Origin: Mobula hypostoma
Taxonomy: Eukaryota
Assembly: GCF_963921235.1 (NCBI RefSeq)
Contig: NC_086108.1
Coordinates: forward strand, 86,306,001-86,370,000
Length of the DNA: 64,000 bases
Direction: 5' to 3'
Shown here: piece after piece, positions 50,156 through 62,189 of the stretch
Position numbering within the stretch: the first letter of the stretch is position 1
Layout: every line of letters begins with the position of its first letter
Position numbers and translations under genes: made by a program
The notes under the pieces: generated by a model
What the model saw: only the letters and a program-made list of their open reading frames with translations
What the model was told of the DNA's origin: nothing
The model's database searches: none

Positions 50156-51733
50156 TAGTCCATACCAAACTATTATTCAGCCTCGTTCTACCAGCCTACA
50201 ACTGAACCATTGCCCTCCACATCCCTCCCATCCATATCCCTATCCAAATTCCTCTTCAATATTTATATTTATTCAAAGTCAGAAAGCAGGTAGCTGATAT
50301 GTCAAATGTATGTCAATAGATAAGTTATTGCAAGTTTAAAGTAAAATTAGTATGAAAGTAGATGTATGTTACCTTGAGATTCATTTTCTTGTAGGCATTT
50401 TCAGGAATTAATAAATATAGTGGCGTATAATGAAAAAGCTACATAAACAAAGATTCAAAGATTCGAAAGGTTCATGGAAAAAGACTGATAGCCAAAGAAG
50501 ACAAGTGGTAACTGAAAGATAATGCTGAGAAAATGAGTTGTAAATACTCCTTAGAAGTGAATATGTAGTTTGTAGAATTAGTTCAGAGTAGTGAACATAG
50601 AACATAGAACAGTACATGATGTTGTGTTGGCATTTTAATCTAGTCCAAGATCTATCTAAAGCTTCCCTCCCACATAGTGCTCCATTTTCCTTTCATCCAT
50701 GTGCCTAGCCAAGAGTCCCTCTAATGTAGTTGCCTCAGCCAGCATCTCTGACAACGTGTCTCAGTGCACCCTCCATTCTCTGTGTACTAAAAACAAAATA
50801 AATGAATAAATAATATACTTTTAAACCTATCCCTGACACTCCCTCCACACTTTCCTTGAAATTATGCCCTCTCATATTAGCCATTTTTCCCCCGGTAAGA
50901 GGGAAAGGTGCTGGCTGTCCATTCTATCAATGCCTCTTATCATCTTGTACACCTTCATCAAGTCACCTCTCATCATCTTCTATTCTAAAGAGAAACGCCC
51001 TAGCATACTAACCTTTCCTCATAAGTCCTGTTCTCTAATCCAGGCAGCATCCTGGTAAGTCACCTCAGCACCCTCTCTAAAGCTTCCAAATCCTTCCTAT
51101 AATCAAGCAACCAGACCTAAATAGAATACTCCAGGTGTGATCTAATCAGCTTTGTGGAGCTGCGACATTACCTTGCAGCATTTGAACTCAATCCCCTGAT
51201 TAATAAAGACCAACACAACGTGCAACTTCTTAATCACCCTATTTTGGGCAATTTTGAATCGGGATGGCCTACAGATAACAAACATTGAGTAGAGCTGAAT
51301 ATACCTGAACTCTTTCAATTTTTGTGTTTTATATTCTGTATTTTTTGCTTTTTTTGGTTTTGTTTTGCACATGGGGGAGGGGTTAATGTTTTCTTTTGAA
51401 TGGGTTCCATGGTTTTCTTTGTTTCGGGGTAGTCTGTTGGGGAGACAAATCCCAGGGTCATATACTGCATACATACTTTGATAGTAAATGTACTTTGAAT
51501 CCTTGGATCTTTGAACCACACTATAATCTTGCATGGCAACTTTGATGTGGCCCCCAGGATCCCTCTGTTTTTCCATATTGCTAGGAATTCTGCTATTGTC
51601 CTTGTATTCTGCCTTCAAGTTCAACCCTCCAAAGTGTATCACTTCACACTTTCCCAGAATGAACTCCATCTACTTCTCAGCCAAGCTCTGCATTCTATCA
51701 TTGTCCTATTTTAACCCACCACAGCCTCTATAC

Positions 51734-51814
51734 CAGAGTTTCCCAACCTGGCTTCCACGGACCCCTCGGTTAAATAATAGGGGTCCATGGCAGAGGAAAG
51801 ATTGGGAAACCCTG
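51734..51814. mobile_element. 81-bp hAT MITE
   Basis: CAGAGTTTCCCAACC / GATTGGGAAACCCTG termini; 8-bp TSD CTCTATAC/TTCTACAC. Confidence 0.75.
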
Positions 51815-52216
51815 TTCTACACAATCCACAACTCCACTAACCTTCATGTCATATGCAAGCTTACTTACTCATCCAAGTCTGTTATGAAGATCACAAAGAG
51901 CTGGAGTCCCTGGACAGATTTCTGCAGAACAGCCCTCATCACCAACCTCCAGGCAGCATGCCTTGCATCTACAAAAATCCTTTGCCTTCTATGGGCCAAG
52001 CCAATTCTGAATTCATGTAGCCAAGTTTCCCTGACTACCTATATGAGTCTACCATGAGGAACAATGTCAAATGCCTTACTAAAATCCATCTACAATATAT
52101 CCACTGCTCTATCTACATCAATTTGTTTTGACAGTTCCTTGAAGAATATAATCAGACGTGTGAGGCGTGACCTGCCCCTCTCAAAGCCATGCTGACTAAT
52201 TCTGATCAACCTATAT

Positions 52217-52983
52217 TTCTGGTTTAAGATGGTGCTACCAAATGCATGTGACAGCTTACTTATGAAGTAAATTATCACTGCATACAACGCAGCGGCGAGT
52301 GAAGGCAAAACAAACTCAAGGGATGAACTTTGCTAGTATGTTGTAGAATCAGCATAGATTCAGTGGGCCACTTGGAGAGAAATTAAGGCAGCGGAGCTTC
52401 GATGCCCATATAACTGGCCCCAGTGTGAGGTTGGATCACTCTGGGCACCGAGCCAATTTGGAGAAAGCGAGAGTGGTTTTGGAATGGGTGATGAAAGCTG
52501 GGCCCGGAGCAAGTCGCTGAGCAGCGTGGTCTAAGCCCTGAGCCTTCTGCTGCAGCAGTGCTCAGGTCCTAGTGTGAGATATGATACCCTGTTTGGACAA
52601 TTTAAATGCCGCCCCAGATAGACTGGAAAGTCAGGGCGTCAGGATCGGAGGTGAGAGATGATTTTACTCACACTCTTACGATGTTCATTCCTCTTCCCAT
52701 GGTGCTGAGGCTATGAAGACTGCCCCATCTGCCGTGCTCTGTGCCTGCTAATATGATGATCGGTTACAAAGGCTTTGGGTCTACTCTGGGCTGCTCCGGG
52801 GTTCGGGTTGTTGTTGCTCGCTTCTATTGTTTGCATGATTTGCGAATTTTTTCCCTTTCTCTGTGCATCAGGTATTGGTCTTTATTTTTTGTTTAATTGT
52901 GTTCTTTCTGGTTTCTTGCTTTGTGGCTGCCTGTAAGCAAACAAATCTCAAGGTTGTATAATTTATACGTACTTTGATAATAA
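52217..52983 (+). mobile_element. Non-coding Rex1-tailed element
   Basis: 5' AAGATGGTGC; 3' 'aatctcaaggttgtata...tactttgataataa' shared with Rex1 tails and with 53760-54382. Confidence 0.65.
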
Positions 52984-53759
52984 TGCTCCAACTTTGCTCA
53001 TAATGCTCCAGATGCTCATAAATCCTATCTCTAAGAATCTTCTCCAATAATTTGCCACCACTGGCGTAATACTTGCTGGTCTATAATTCCCAGGATTATC
53101 CCATTATCTCTCTTGAGCGTAACATTTGCCATGATCCAATCTTCTGGTACTACAGCTGTGGCTAGAGTGGACGCACGGATCATCGCCAAAGGTGGAGCAA
53201 TCTCTTCCCTCGCTTTCCGCAGCAACCTGGGATATATCCCATCCAGCTGCAGGGACCAGGGACTTACCTATTCTCAAAAGTTCCAGCACATCCTCTTGCT
53301 TGGTATCAACGTGCTTCAGCATATTAGCCTGACCTTACATTTGTCAAGGTCTCTTTCACTGGTGAAAACTGAAGCGAGAATCCTGATCTTCTCCAATGCC
53401 AGGCACATGATTCTGCTTTTATTTCTGATCAGTCCTACCCTTACTCAACTTATCCTCCTGTTCTTCATGTACACATAGAATGTTAATTTGATCCTACTTG
53501 CCAAGGCCTTCTCGTGTCCCTTCAAGCTTTCATAACTAGCTTCTTAAGCTCCTTCCTGGCTACCTTATAACTCTCCTCTCAAGAGCCCTGCTGATCCTTG
53601 CTTCCTGTACTTTAAATAAGCTTTCTTACTCTTGACTATGTATTCCACATCTCTCATCAACCATGGTACCTTCATCCTACCATCTTTCCCTGCCTCAATG
53701 GGACAAACCTATCCAGAACTCCATGCATGTTATCCCTGAGCAGCCTCCATATTTTTAAG

Positions 53760-54382
53760 CACTGGGCCAGATTGGAACGGTCTGGTATGGGCTGAATCAA
53801 GGTGGTGGACTTAGGCCCGAATCGAGGTGGTAGGCTTAGGGCAGAATCAAGGTAGTGGGCTTGGGGCTGAATCGAGGTGGTGGGCTTGGAACTGAATCGA
53901 GGTGGTGGGCTTAGGGCCGAATCAAGGTGGTGGGCTTAGGCCCGAGAGTGTATCAAATCTGCAGGGCCTGGGTCCAAAAGCGAGGAACAACCTGAGGTTC
54001 AGCCAGTTTAAATGTTGGGCCAGCTTGAAAAGGTCAGGGTGTCGGAGCCAGAGGAGAAAGATAGGCTGGTGGAATGCCTGATGAGGATTACTTGTCGCTG
54101 CATTGAACTGAGGCTGTTGCTTGCAATAATTGGGCTCCTGGATCGACTACAGTGATGACTTGCTTCATAGCTGTGGACTCACTTTCGTGAACTTCAGTTC
54201 TGAATGGTATTTGCTTACTTATATTGTTAGCACAATTTGTTTTTTTTCTGCATATTGGGTGTATGACAGTCTTGTTTTATTAATAGATTTTATTGAGTTT
54301 GTTTTGTGGCTGCCTATAAGGAGACAAATATCAAGGTTGTATATACCTCACATACTTTGATAATAAATGTACTTTGAACTTC
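53760..54382 (+). mobile_element. 5'-truncated non-coding Rex1-tailed element containing a minisatellite
   Basis: Similar to 52500-52983; tail tactttgataataaatgtactttgaacttc. Confidence 0.6.
53794..53943 (+). repeat. Minisatellite, 6 x 25 bp (GAATCRAGGTGGTGGGCTTAGGGCC consensus)
   Basis: Six contiguous 25-bp units counted directly. Confidence 0.9.
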
Positions 54383-54639
54383 AAACATTTTGGTGTGTAT
54401 TTCCTGGGAATATCTGTTCCCAATTCACACTTCCAAATTCCTGCCTAATAACATCATAATTGGCTATTCTCCCATTAAGAACTTTCCCATACTAATTCTC
54501 CTGACCCTGTCCAAGGCCATGGTAACAGTGAGGGAGCTGTGGTCACTCTCTCTGAGCTGCTCACTCACTGGGAGATCTGTCATCTCACCGGGTTCATTGC
54601 CTACTACTAGCTAATGTAGTGTAGTTCAATCTCTGGTAC

Positions 54640-55807
54640 TAGTACAGCGTAGGCTTAGAAGTGGTGAATGGATTTATCCATGCTGGTTGTAAGGTAATAA
54701 CTGTTCCTGAACCTGATGGCTTGGGACCTCCAGCCCGATGGTAGTAGTGAGGAGAGATCATGGTAGGGGTCCTTGATGATGGATGCTGCTTTCTTGTGGC
54801 AGCGTTCCATATAAACATACTCAATAGTAGGGATGGCTTTGCCTATGATGGGCTGAGATACATTCACCACTTTCCGTAGCTGTTTTTGTTCCTGAGCATT
54901 GATGTTTCCATGCCAGGCGATGGTGCATCCCATTGGGATACCCTCCACCATACATCCGCAGAAATTTGTCAGTGTTTTTGGGGACGTGTTAAATCTATGT
55001 AAACTTAGAAGGAAGTAGATATTTGCTGTCATGACTTCTTTGTGATTACATTTATGTGCTATTGCCAGGACAGACCTCTGATATGTTAACACTGAGGAAT
55101 TTAAAACTATTGACTCTCTCTCTACCTTCGTTCTCCTAATGAGGACTGGCTTGTGGAACTCCAGCTTCTTCCTCTTGTAGTCGATCACCAGCTCTTTGGT
55201 TTTACTGCTGCTGAGTGAGGAATTGTTCTGGCACCACTCAACCAGGTATTCAATCTTCCTCCTCTATACTAATTCATCGCCACCTTTATTCTGGTGAACA
55301 ACAGTGGTGTTGTCATCAAATTAAAGTTTGGCATTGGAGCTGTACTTAGCCACAAAATCATTAGTATAAAGTGAGTAGAGCAGAGGGCAAAGCACATAGC
55401 CCTGTGGTGCAGCTACTCTGATGATGAATGTGGAGGAAATGTTGTCATTCTTTACCAACTGGGGCCTGCCAGTGAGGAAATGGAGGACCCAGTTGCACAG
55501 TGAGGTAGGCAGACCCAGGTTTTGGAGCTTAGTCATGAGTTTCGTGGGGTTGATAGTATTGAATACCGATCTGTAGTCAATGAAGGGCTTCCTGATGTAT
55601 GCATCCTCATTATCCAGGGTGTTCTATAGCTGAGTTAAGTGCCTGTAAAATGGCAACTGCTGTTGACCTGTTGTTACGGTGGGCAAATTGGAACAAATCC
55701 AGGTCACTCCTCAAGCAGGAGTTGCTATGACCAACCCTTTGAAGCATTTCATCACTGTGGATATAAGTACTATAGTTTATAATAGTTGAGGCAGGTTACT
55801 ATGTTCT
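54640..55807 (-). mobile_element. Rex1 LINE fragment
   Basis: LCNWVLHFLTGRPQ...APQGYVLCPLLYSLYTND; TLTNFCGCMVEGI. Confidence 0.82.
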
Positions 55808-55811
55808 GCAA

Positions 55812-56620
55812 CTTTAAGTTTAATTATCATTCAACCATACATGAATATCCAAAGTGCAGCCAAACAAAATGGTGTTCCTCTGGGGCCAAGGTGCAAAATA
55901 CACTACCAGCAGTCATACACAGCATGAGGCACATAGAGCACATATAAAGAAGCACGTTAAAATATATATACAGAGCCTAAGTCTCAGAGTGACATGTCCT
56001 GTAAATTGGAGGTGCATAGATATAATCAGAAAGAACGAGCAGTTCTTAGCAGTCTGCAGATGTATCACGCATGCAATCCAGCTCGTCTTCCACTAAGTGA
56101 ACACTGACAGGCAGCACTGACGGAAGGGGCCAGGCCCAATCCCTGCATGGACTCCATGCTACAGTACCTCTGGCATCTGCTCTCCTGGACTGCCGCAACA
56201 GGCAACCTGTGGCTGGAGGCCTAGTCCTCGCTACAACTGAGGCCACGCAGCTCCCCTGCCATCTGTCTCTCCAATAGACAAGGGAAAGGGATTTGCAGTA
56301 TTTTACATTACCAAGTGTCCAACAGGGTCTTGAAATCACAAGAGAAGCATCCAAGATAGTCACCACCGTTATAATGCACAGCGCCTTCATTCACACAGAC
56401 TCCGATGCCTTTCTGTGACAGTCACACCAAGTCCAGTTCCTCCAGCTCCTCTGCCAATGAGCAGCTCACTGATGGGGTAGATCTGCAACACTTGAAGTTC
56501 ATAGTGTCCAGCATTGTCTTGTAATTGTAAAAATAAAACCTTAAAAAAAAAAGACTAAAACAGCTTTAGTTGGTACTGGAGAGAACTCTGCATCCAAACA
56601 AGCTACCATCTTACTGGAAG
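55812..56620 (-). mobile_element. Non-coding Rex1-partner element, apparently full length
   Basis: Minus strand starts CTTCCAGTAAGATGG and ends 'atgtatggttgaatgataattaaacttaaag'; homologous to 44432-45335. Confidence 0.65.
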
Positions 56621-57092
56621 CTTGGTCTTGGTAACAATCTCTTTTTATTGATAATCTTTTTTTTTGAAGATGGATATTGTGTGTCAGTTATAAAGCACAA
56701 ATGTTATTTGCTATTTTTCAGCTAATGCCTGAATGTTGTCCAGGTCAGCCTTCATTTGCTATAGAGTTGTGAACAGAACTGAGCATTGTGCACTCACTTG
56801 TATTCCTGTAATGAGGTTCTGGGACTGAGATAATTGATCTCTAAGAATATGATCAACTTCCTTTGTGAAAACTGACTTCTGCCTACACTTCATCACACAA
56901 CAGATACCAATATGGACAAAAGAACTGAATTCTCAAGTAAACACCAAGTCAAGTTAGGAATGGCATCAGAGTGTATTGCCAACTCTGAAGTCAGTGCGAA
57001 TTAATGGCAGATATCTCAAGAATTCAGTTATTTTGTAGAGCTGAGTGATCCTACATAAACCCAAACTAAGCAATGGTTGGTGATAAGGTGTC

Positions 57093-57392
57093 AAAACCTG
57101 CAAACACAATGCTGGAAATCCAGTACAACACACACACAAAATTCTGGAGGAACTCAGTACATCAGACAGCATCAATGGGGAGGAATAGACATTCGGCTTA
57201 TTAGGCTGAGATGTGGACTGTTTATTCCTCTCCGTTGATGCTACCTGATCCCTTGCATTCATCCAGTATTCTGTGTGTTAAACAAAACCTGGTTATGACG
57301 AAGGGTCTCGGCCTGAAACGTCGACTGCACCTCTTCCTATAGATGCTGCCTGGCCTGCTGCGTTCACCAGCAACTTTGATGTATGTTGCTTA
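57093..57392. repeat. Penelope-like terminal repeats: inverted pair plus a hammerhead-bearing end
   Basis: 57126-57190 is an inverted copy of 57219-57279; 57296-57327 reads TGACGA-agggtctcggcct-GAAAC-GTC-gactg. Confidence 0.6.
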
Positions 57393-59569
57393 ATTTACTA
57401 CAAGCATTCTCTATTCTCTTCATCTATCCCCTCCTCTCCACAACACGTTGATATCTAACTCTTCTCATTTCTGATGAAACATTTCTCTCTTCACGGATGC
57501 TGCCTGCCCAGTTGAGTATTTCCATCAGATCTCCATCACTGCTGATTTGCATTTTGGTTATTGATTCTTGTTCAATTCACTGCCACTTCTGGGAATAGTT
57601 CCATTCCTCTCTTTGACAGGATCTCCATTCACCTCTTTTGTCTTGTTCACTCTCAATGAATTCTGTTTCCCTCTTTATTTCTTGATAAGGCATTAATCTA
57701 ACCTTGCTTCCATTATCACATAACAGACTTTCCTCTGTCCACCTCACTGTTCTCCCTACTCTGGGATCTTGAGGCATGTCTGACTTCCAACTTGTTTCAG
57801 TTCTGATGAAAAGCTGTTTACTGAAGCTGTTAACTGATTCTCTCCGCCCTGATGCTGTCGGAGCTGCTAGGTATTTCCAGCTTTTTCTGTCTTCATTTCA
57901 CAGCAAGATGATGCTGAATAAGCTATGTCACCCGATAACAAGGTTGATGACCCTTTCCATCACTGTGCTGATGACCAAGCCTGTAGGCTGATAGGATGAT
58001 AGCTATCCAGATTCAATTTTAGCCTGTTTCCTGTGGATATGTACTTTATCTTGTACTACTTGTGTGCTTAGCTACCTTCACATAACTGAGAGAATGCCTG
58101 TATTCTCTGTCCTTCCCAATAATACTTTTCCCTCTGGTAAAATGTTCAGCCCATTCACATATTACTCACATTTATTGTGACAAATATATGACAAAAAATG
58201 AAAAATCTTGACCATTATTTACGAGTCTGCTCTCTTCATCTGATTTTTAAAAAATATGCTACTCTCAAAATGTATTTTCATACTGCCTCCAGAGATAAAA
58301 TATTTCTGTTTGCCACTACATATAGTATTCAATATATTCCAGTGTAATCAATGAGCAATATAACATGTACCAAAATAAAAAAGAAAACTGCTGGAGACCT
58401 ATAATATTATTAGATTCAAGAGTCCAACATATGTATATATCTTCATTTCTTTAAAAGGGGAACATGTTTAGTAATTGTTCTTATCAGTTTTATATGCTTT
58501 TGATGCCAGTCATTGCAATTCTGTGGAGGTATGGTACTACACTGAGTGATTTTTTTTTGTATTTTCCGAGTTAGAAGCAAAATTAACTCATGAACGAATA
58601 TGAAAACAAAACCTATTCATTACATGGGGATAGCCTGTACAAAAAACTAATGGGAACTACTGCATTATTAATAATTGTCTATAAGTAGCTTGTATATCAT
58701 GTGCTTTTAATGTTTTAAATTAAAATAAATGAGAGAAATGAGTGGACATGTTGCTACACTCCACCACACTCACCCCCACTCTCAAATCTTCAGCAATTAA
58801 AAAAAATATCGATGATAGACTTTTTCATTCTAAACAATAGTGAAGAAAACCTGAAATCAGTCAAAACAGCACAGCACAATTGGTAATGTGACAGGCTTCC
58901 ATTTATGGAATCTCCATCAGTATTAAACAGAGTGCCTTGATTATTTTTAAATTTTTGTTTTTGTTTCCAATCCTAGATATTTACCTGCACTCATGATGGT
59001 AGGATTATATTTTTTATGAGTTTATATCGAGGGGAATACTTGCAATCTTGTTTTCAGTAAACAGAATCTTGACATGCAATCTAAATCAATGTTTGATTAA
59101 TGGCATGTCTTCAGGGAACTATTAGTGTGGCAACTGTTGTCAGTTTACTACTGTCCTTGTTCCAGAACTAACTAGAGAATGACAAACTAACATTTGGAGC
59201 AGTAGAAAGAATGCAGTTCTTCATATAGTTCTTCAGGCAAGGACCTAAAGAAGATCCATGTTCTTGTATAAAATCTAATTTGCACAGCCGTCGTTTCTTC
59301 TTTGTTATAAATCAGATTCTGCTCATGCACGCACATCAGCTCTGTGGCATTAGCACAGCTGTCACAGCATACACGTCAGAAGTTCCTAACTCCATCTGGG
59401 TCTGTTCATGGAGGGTAAATCTCATGGATCTCTCTCTCTCTATTAATCAATGCACATAGTCGATTATCCCCGTACACCTAGAACACAAACAAATAAGAAG
59501 ACTTCAACAACTTTCTCATATTTTCTTGTGACACAGGACATATTGCCTATTAAGTCTTCTTCAATTGTC

Positions 59570-59830
59570 CAAATGCATCCCTGTAAATCCCATTCCCCGA
59601 TTTATTTCTGTGTGAGTGGTTCTCTCACGTATGTCTGTCAATTGCACTGAATCTTTACACCACGGAGAATAATTTAGAATAGCCAGCTGACCTATTAGCA
59701 TGTCCTTGGGATATGGGAGGAAACTGGAACATTGGAAGGAATCCACACAGTCAAAGGGAGAATGAGCAAACTCCACACAGACAGGGCCCGAGGTCGATAC
59801 AGAACAAGCTGCTCCAATATTCTGCATCAC
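59570..59830 (-). mobile_element. V-domain SINE (HE1-like), decayed
   Basis: Minus strand tctgtgtggagtttgctcattctccc...tgtgtggattcc...ccagtttcctcccatatcccaaggacatg matches the V-SINE core. Confidence 0.8.
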
Positions 59831-60828
59831 TGCGTGTTTTGGCTTTATTTGCCCGAGACTCCACCAGGCTGATAACCCCTCACAGCATAAGTGCTGATGC
59901 TATTGTTCAAATAAAAAAGCTGAAACTTCATACCAATTTTTTTTAAAGGAAATGATAAGAAATGTTATTGTGGTGGGGCAGAGAATGGTGTGTGAATGAG
60001 AACTGGTTTGCTTGAGGATCCATTTTCAGTGTTTTAGCACTAGGATTTTATTCAGGTAATTTGGTAAAAATAACGCTTGAAAGTACAGTGATCTCAGGAG
60101 ATTGGAAAATGTTTCACAGCTGCTTGAATAACATTGGCTATTAATGTCATGCCAGGCAAGGTCTCCATTAAAACATGCTGCAGGATTAGCTGGCATAGGA
60201 AGATGGGGAAATAAGATAGGAGGAAGTTAGGCCCCTCAGACTTCATCAGCCATTCAGTGTGATGGCTGCTCAGTTGTGACCCACAGTGATTGACCTCTTT
60301 TGTTTAGTGAAGTTTTCTTCCTTGCCGATTGTTTTAGTTTATGGATAACAGATTCCAGCTGTTTGCCTGAACTACTGCTGACCTGATTTCAAAAGATGTG
60401 GAGGGAAGATATATGTAATAATGTGATATTTGGTGGATTCACATGTTTACATTTTGATTTTTTACAGTTGTTAAGTCATGTGGATTATCAGAATCATTCA
60501 GAGAAACAAGTAGTAGTACTCAAAAAAACCATTGCTTGCTCAGTAAGTGAGCCGATGAACAAATATGATGTTTAACAGTTTTTACTCTATTGAAAATCTA
60601 TAGTTTGGCTGCACTTAATCACCTTTTGAAGCTGTATAAGTCTAATTGGTCTTCACATATTTATTTCCCTCACAAGGCCTCTGCAGTTCACATGACCTCC
60701 CTCTGGGAGCAAACTATTGTTCGGAACTTTTCATGATATCCTTTTGGACCTGGTGAAATATTTTATCAGCTAATTCAAACCCACCTCCTTCTTTTATTTC
60801 ACAATTGTCCCAAAGTGAGACATACGGG

Positions 60829-60928
60829 CAGTCCTGAAAAAGGGTTGTGGCCTGAAACGTCGACTGTTTATTCCTTTCCAGAGTTGCTGCCTGGCCAATT
60901 GAGTTCCTCCAGCATTCTGTGTGTGTTA
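60829..60928 (+). repeat. Penelope-like terminus with minimal hammerhead ribozyme-like fold (core mutated)
   Basis: cagtc-CTGAAAA-agg gttgtgg cct-GAAAC-GTC-gactg, with a perfect 5-bp stem I. Confidence 0.6.
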
Positions 60929-62189
60929 TATGAGCGGTTGATTCTTATTTCCATTTCACTGGTAATTTGCTTCATTCATAATTGAGCTCACTTCTCTGGC
61001 TAATTCAAGTCAAGGAACTCTTGACTGGAGACAGTGTGAAAGAATAAGGATGGAACTTTTCACAGGCAGATGCAATTTCCTCCAATGATAATCACACTGT
61101 CCTGCTGTTTTCTGATCAGAGGTTCTATAATAATAGGGCAATTCCTTTGATAACATCTTCAGGACCCTGTTTAAAATTCTGATCCTTTATCAGTGTGATC
61201 TGAACAGCAGATTGTAGATTGTATAGACTGTAGATAGCGTGTGATTAAGATTCAGCTTGTCAGAACATATTAGTTCTTCCTCATTTGAATATGAAATAAA
61301 GCAAATGAGGTTGAAATAAATTAATGAAACGCATATGACGCACTGCTAGGCTGGAGCTGCATTTTAACATTGCTTAGATACAAATCACTATTGTACACAT
61401 GCACAGACTGTATAAGTGACTTTCACATTTTATAGAGGTCTCGCTATCAGGAGTTAAGCAGTATTTTTTAATTCATTGTATATATGTGCTTGTCAAAGTG
61501 AGGAATGACTGTACTGGGAAATGAAGCATTTGTTCCACTTTCTGCTTACTGACAGTATCTATTAGCATTTGGGAGAGACACCATCTTCAGAGTTGTGTGT
61601 ATGGTAGCTGATACTTTGTGGTAGACGTGTGATATTCAAATCTTTGCAATAGAACCATTTGAGCACTGGTTCTGCACCCATATCTTATAAATACACAATT
61701 TCACCATTGTACCTCATTTATAGTTAGCTTTACGATAGAAGTGAACATTTGGAAACTTGCCTTTTATGTATATTAGTGTATTGATAGCAAATAAATAAAA
61801 TTTTATCTTGCAGTATATTCTTTACTTTTATCAGCCCTACACGGCTGCCTTGAACAGAGGCTTCTTTTATAAGACAACTGAGGATTTAGTTTATATGACT
61901 TCTCTATTTCTTTATCTCCATCCAGACAACAAAATGGTCTTAAAAGATATGTGGTGTACAGGTCCAAGTCAAGGTTATGTCCTGAGGCTTCTGTTAATGC
62001 TAAAGTATCAATCAGCTCCATTACTGTGTCACTGAGCAGACAACATTTGAGAGTGTCTGTGGCAAAACTGACATGTAGCAAAGCCTAATATGTTGGCTTT
62101 ATATTATCACTCAATGTCAAAGTCAAAGTTAGTTTCCTATCATATGTACAAGTGCATATCTGCAGAGGTGCAATGAAATACATACTTGC

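Larger units (their letters stand above)
50595..54610 (-). mobile_element. CR1 LINE fragment with several nested insertions
   Basis: Tail aacatagaacatagaac; KCEVIHFG; SQHGF...RSRL; LRKAREEIAPPL...VPEDWIMANV. Confidence 0.78.

Noticed and set aside
53794..53943. Regular 25-bp repeats resembling a CRISPR array
   Set aside because: Units are contiguous with no unique spacers, no cas genes are present, and the context is eukaryotic retroposon DNA
61895..61980. Possible exon after a pyrimidine tract ending CCAG at ~61925
   Set aside because: No strong donor site and no recognisable peptide in any frame
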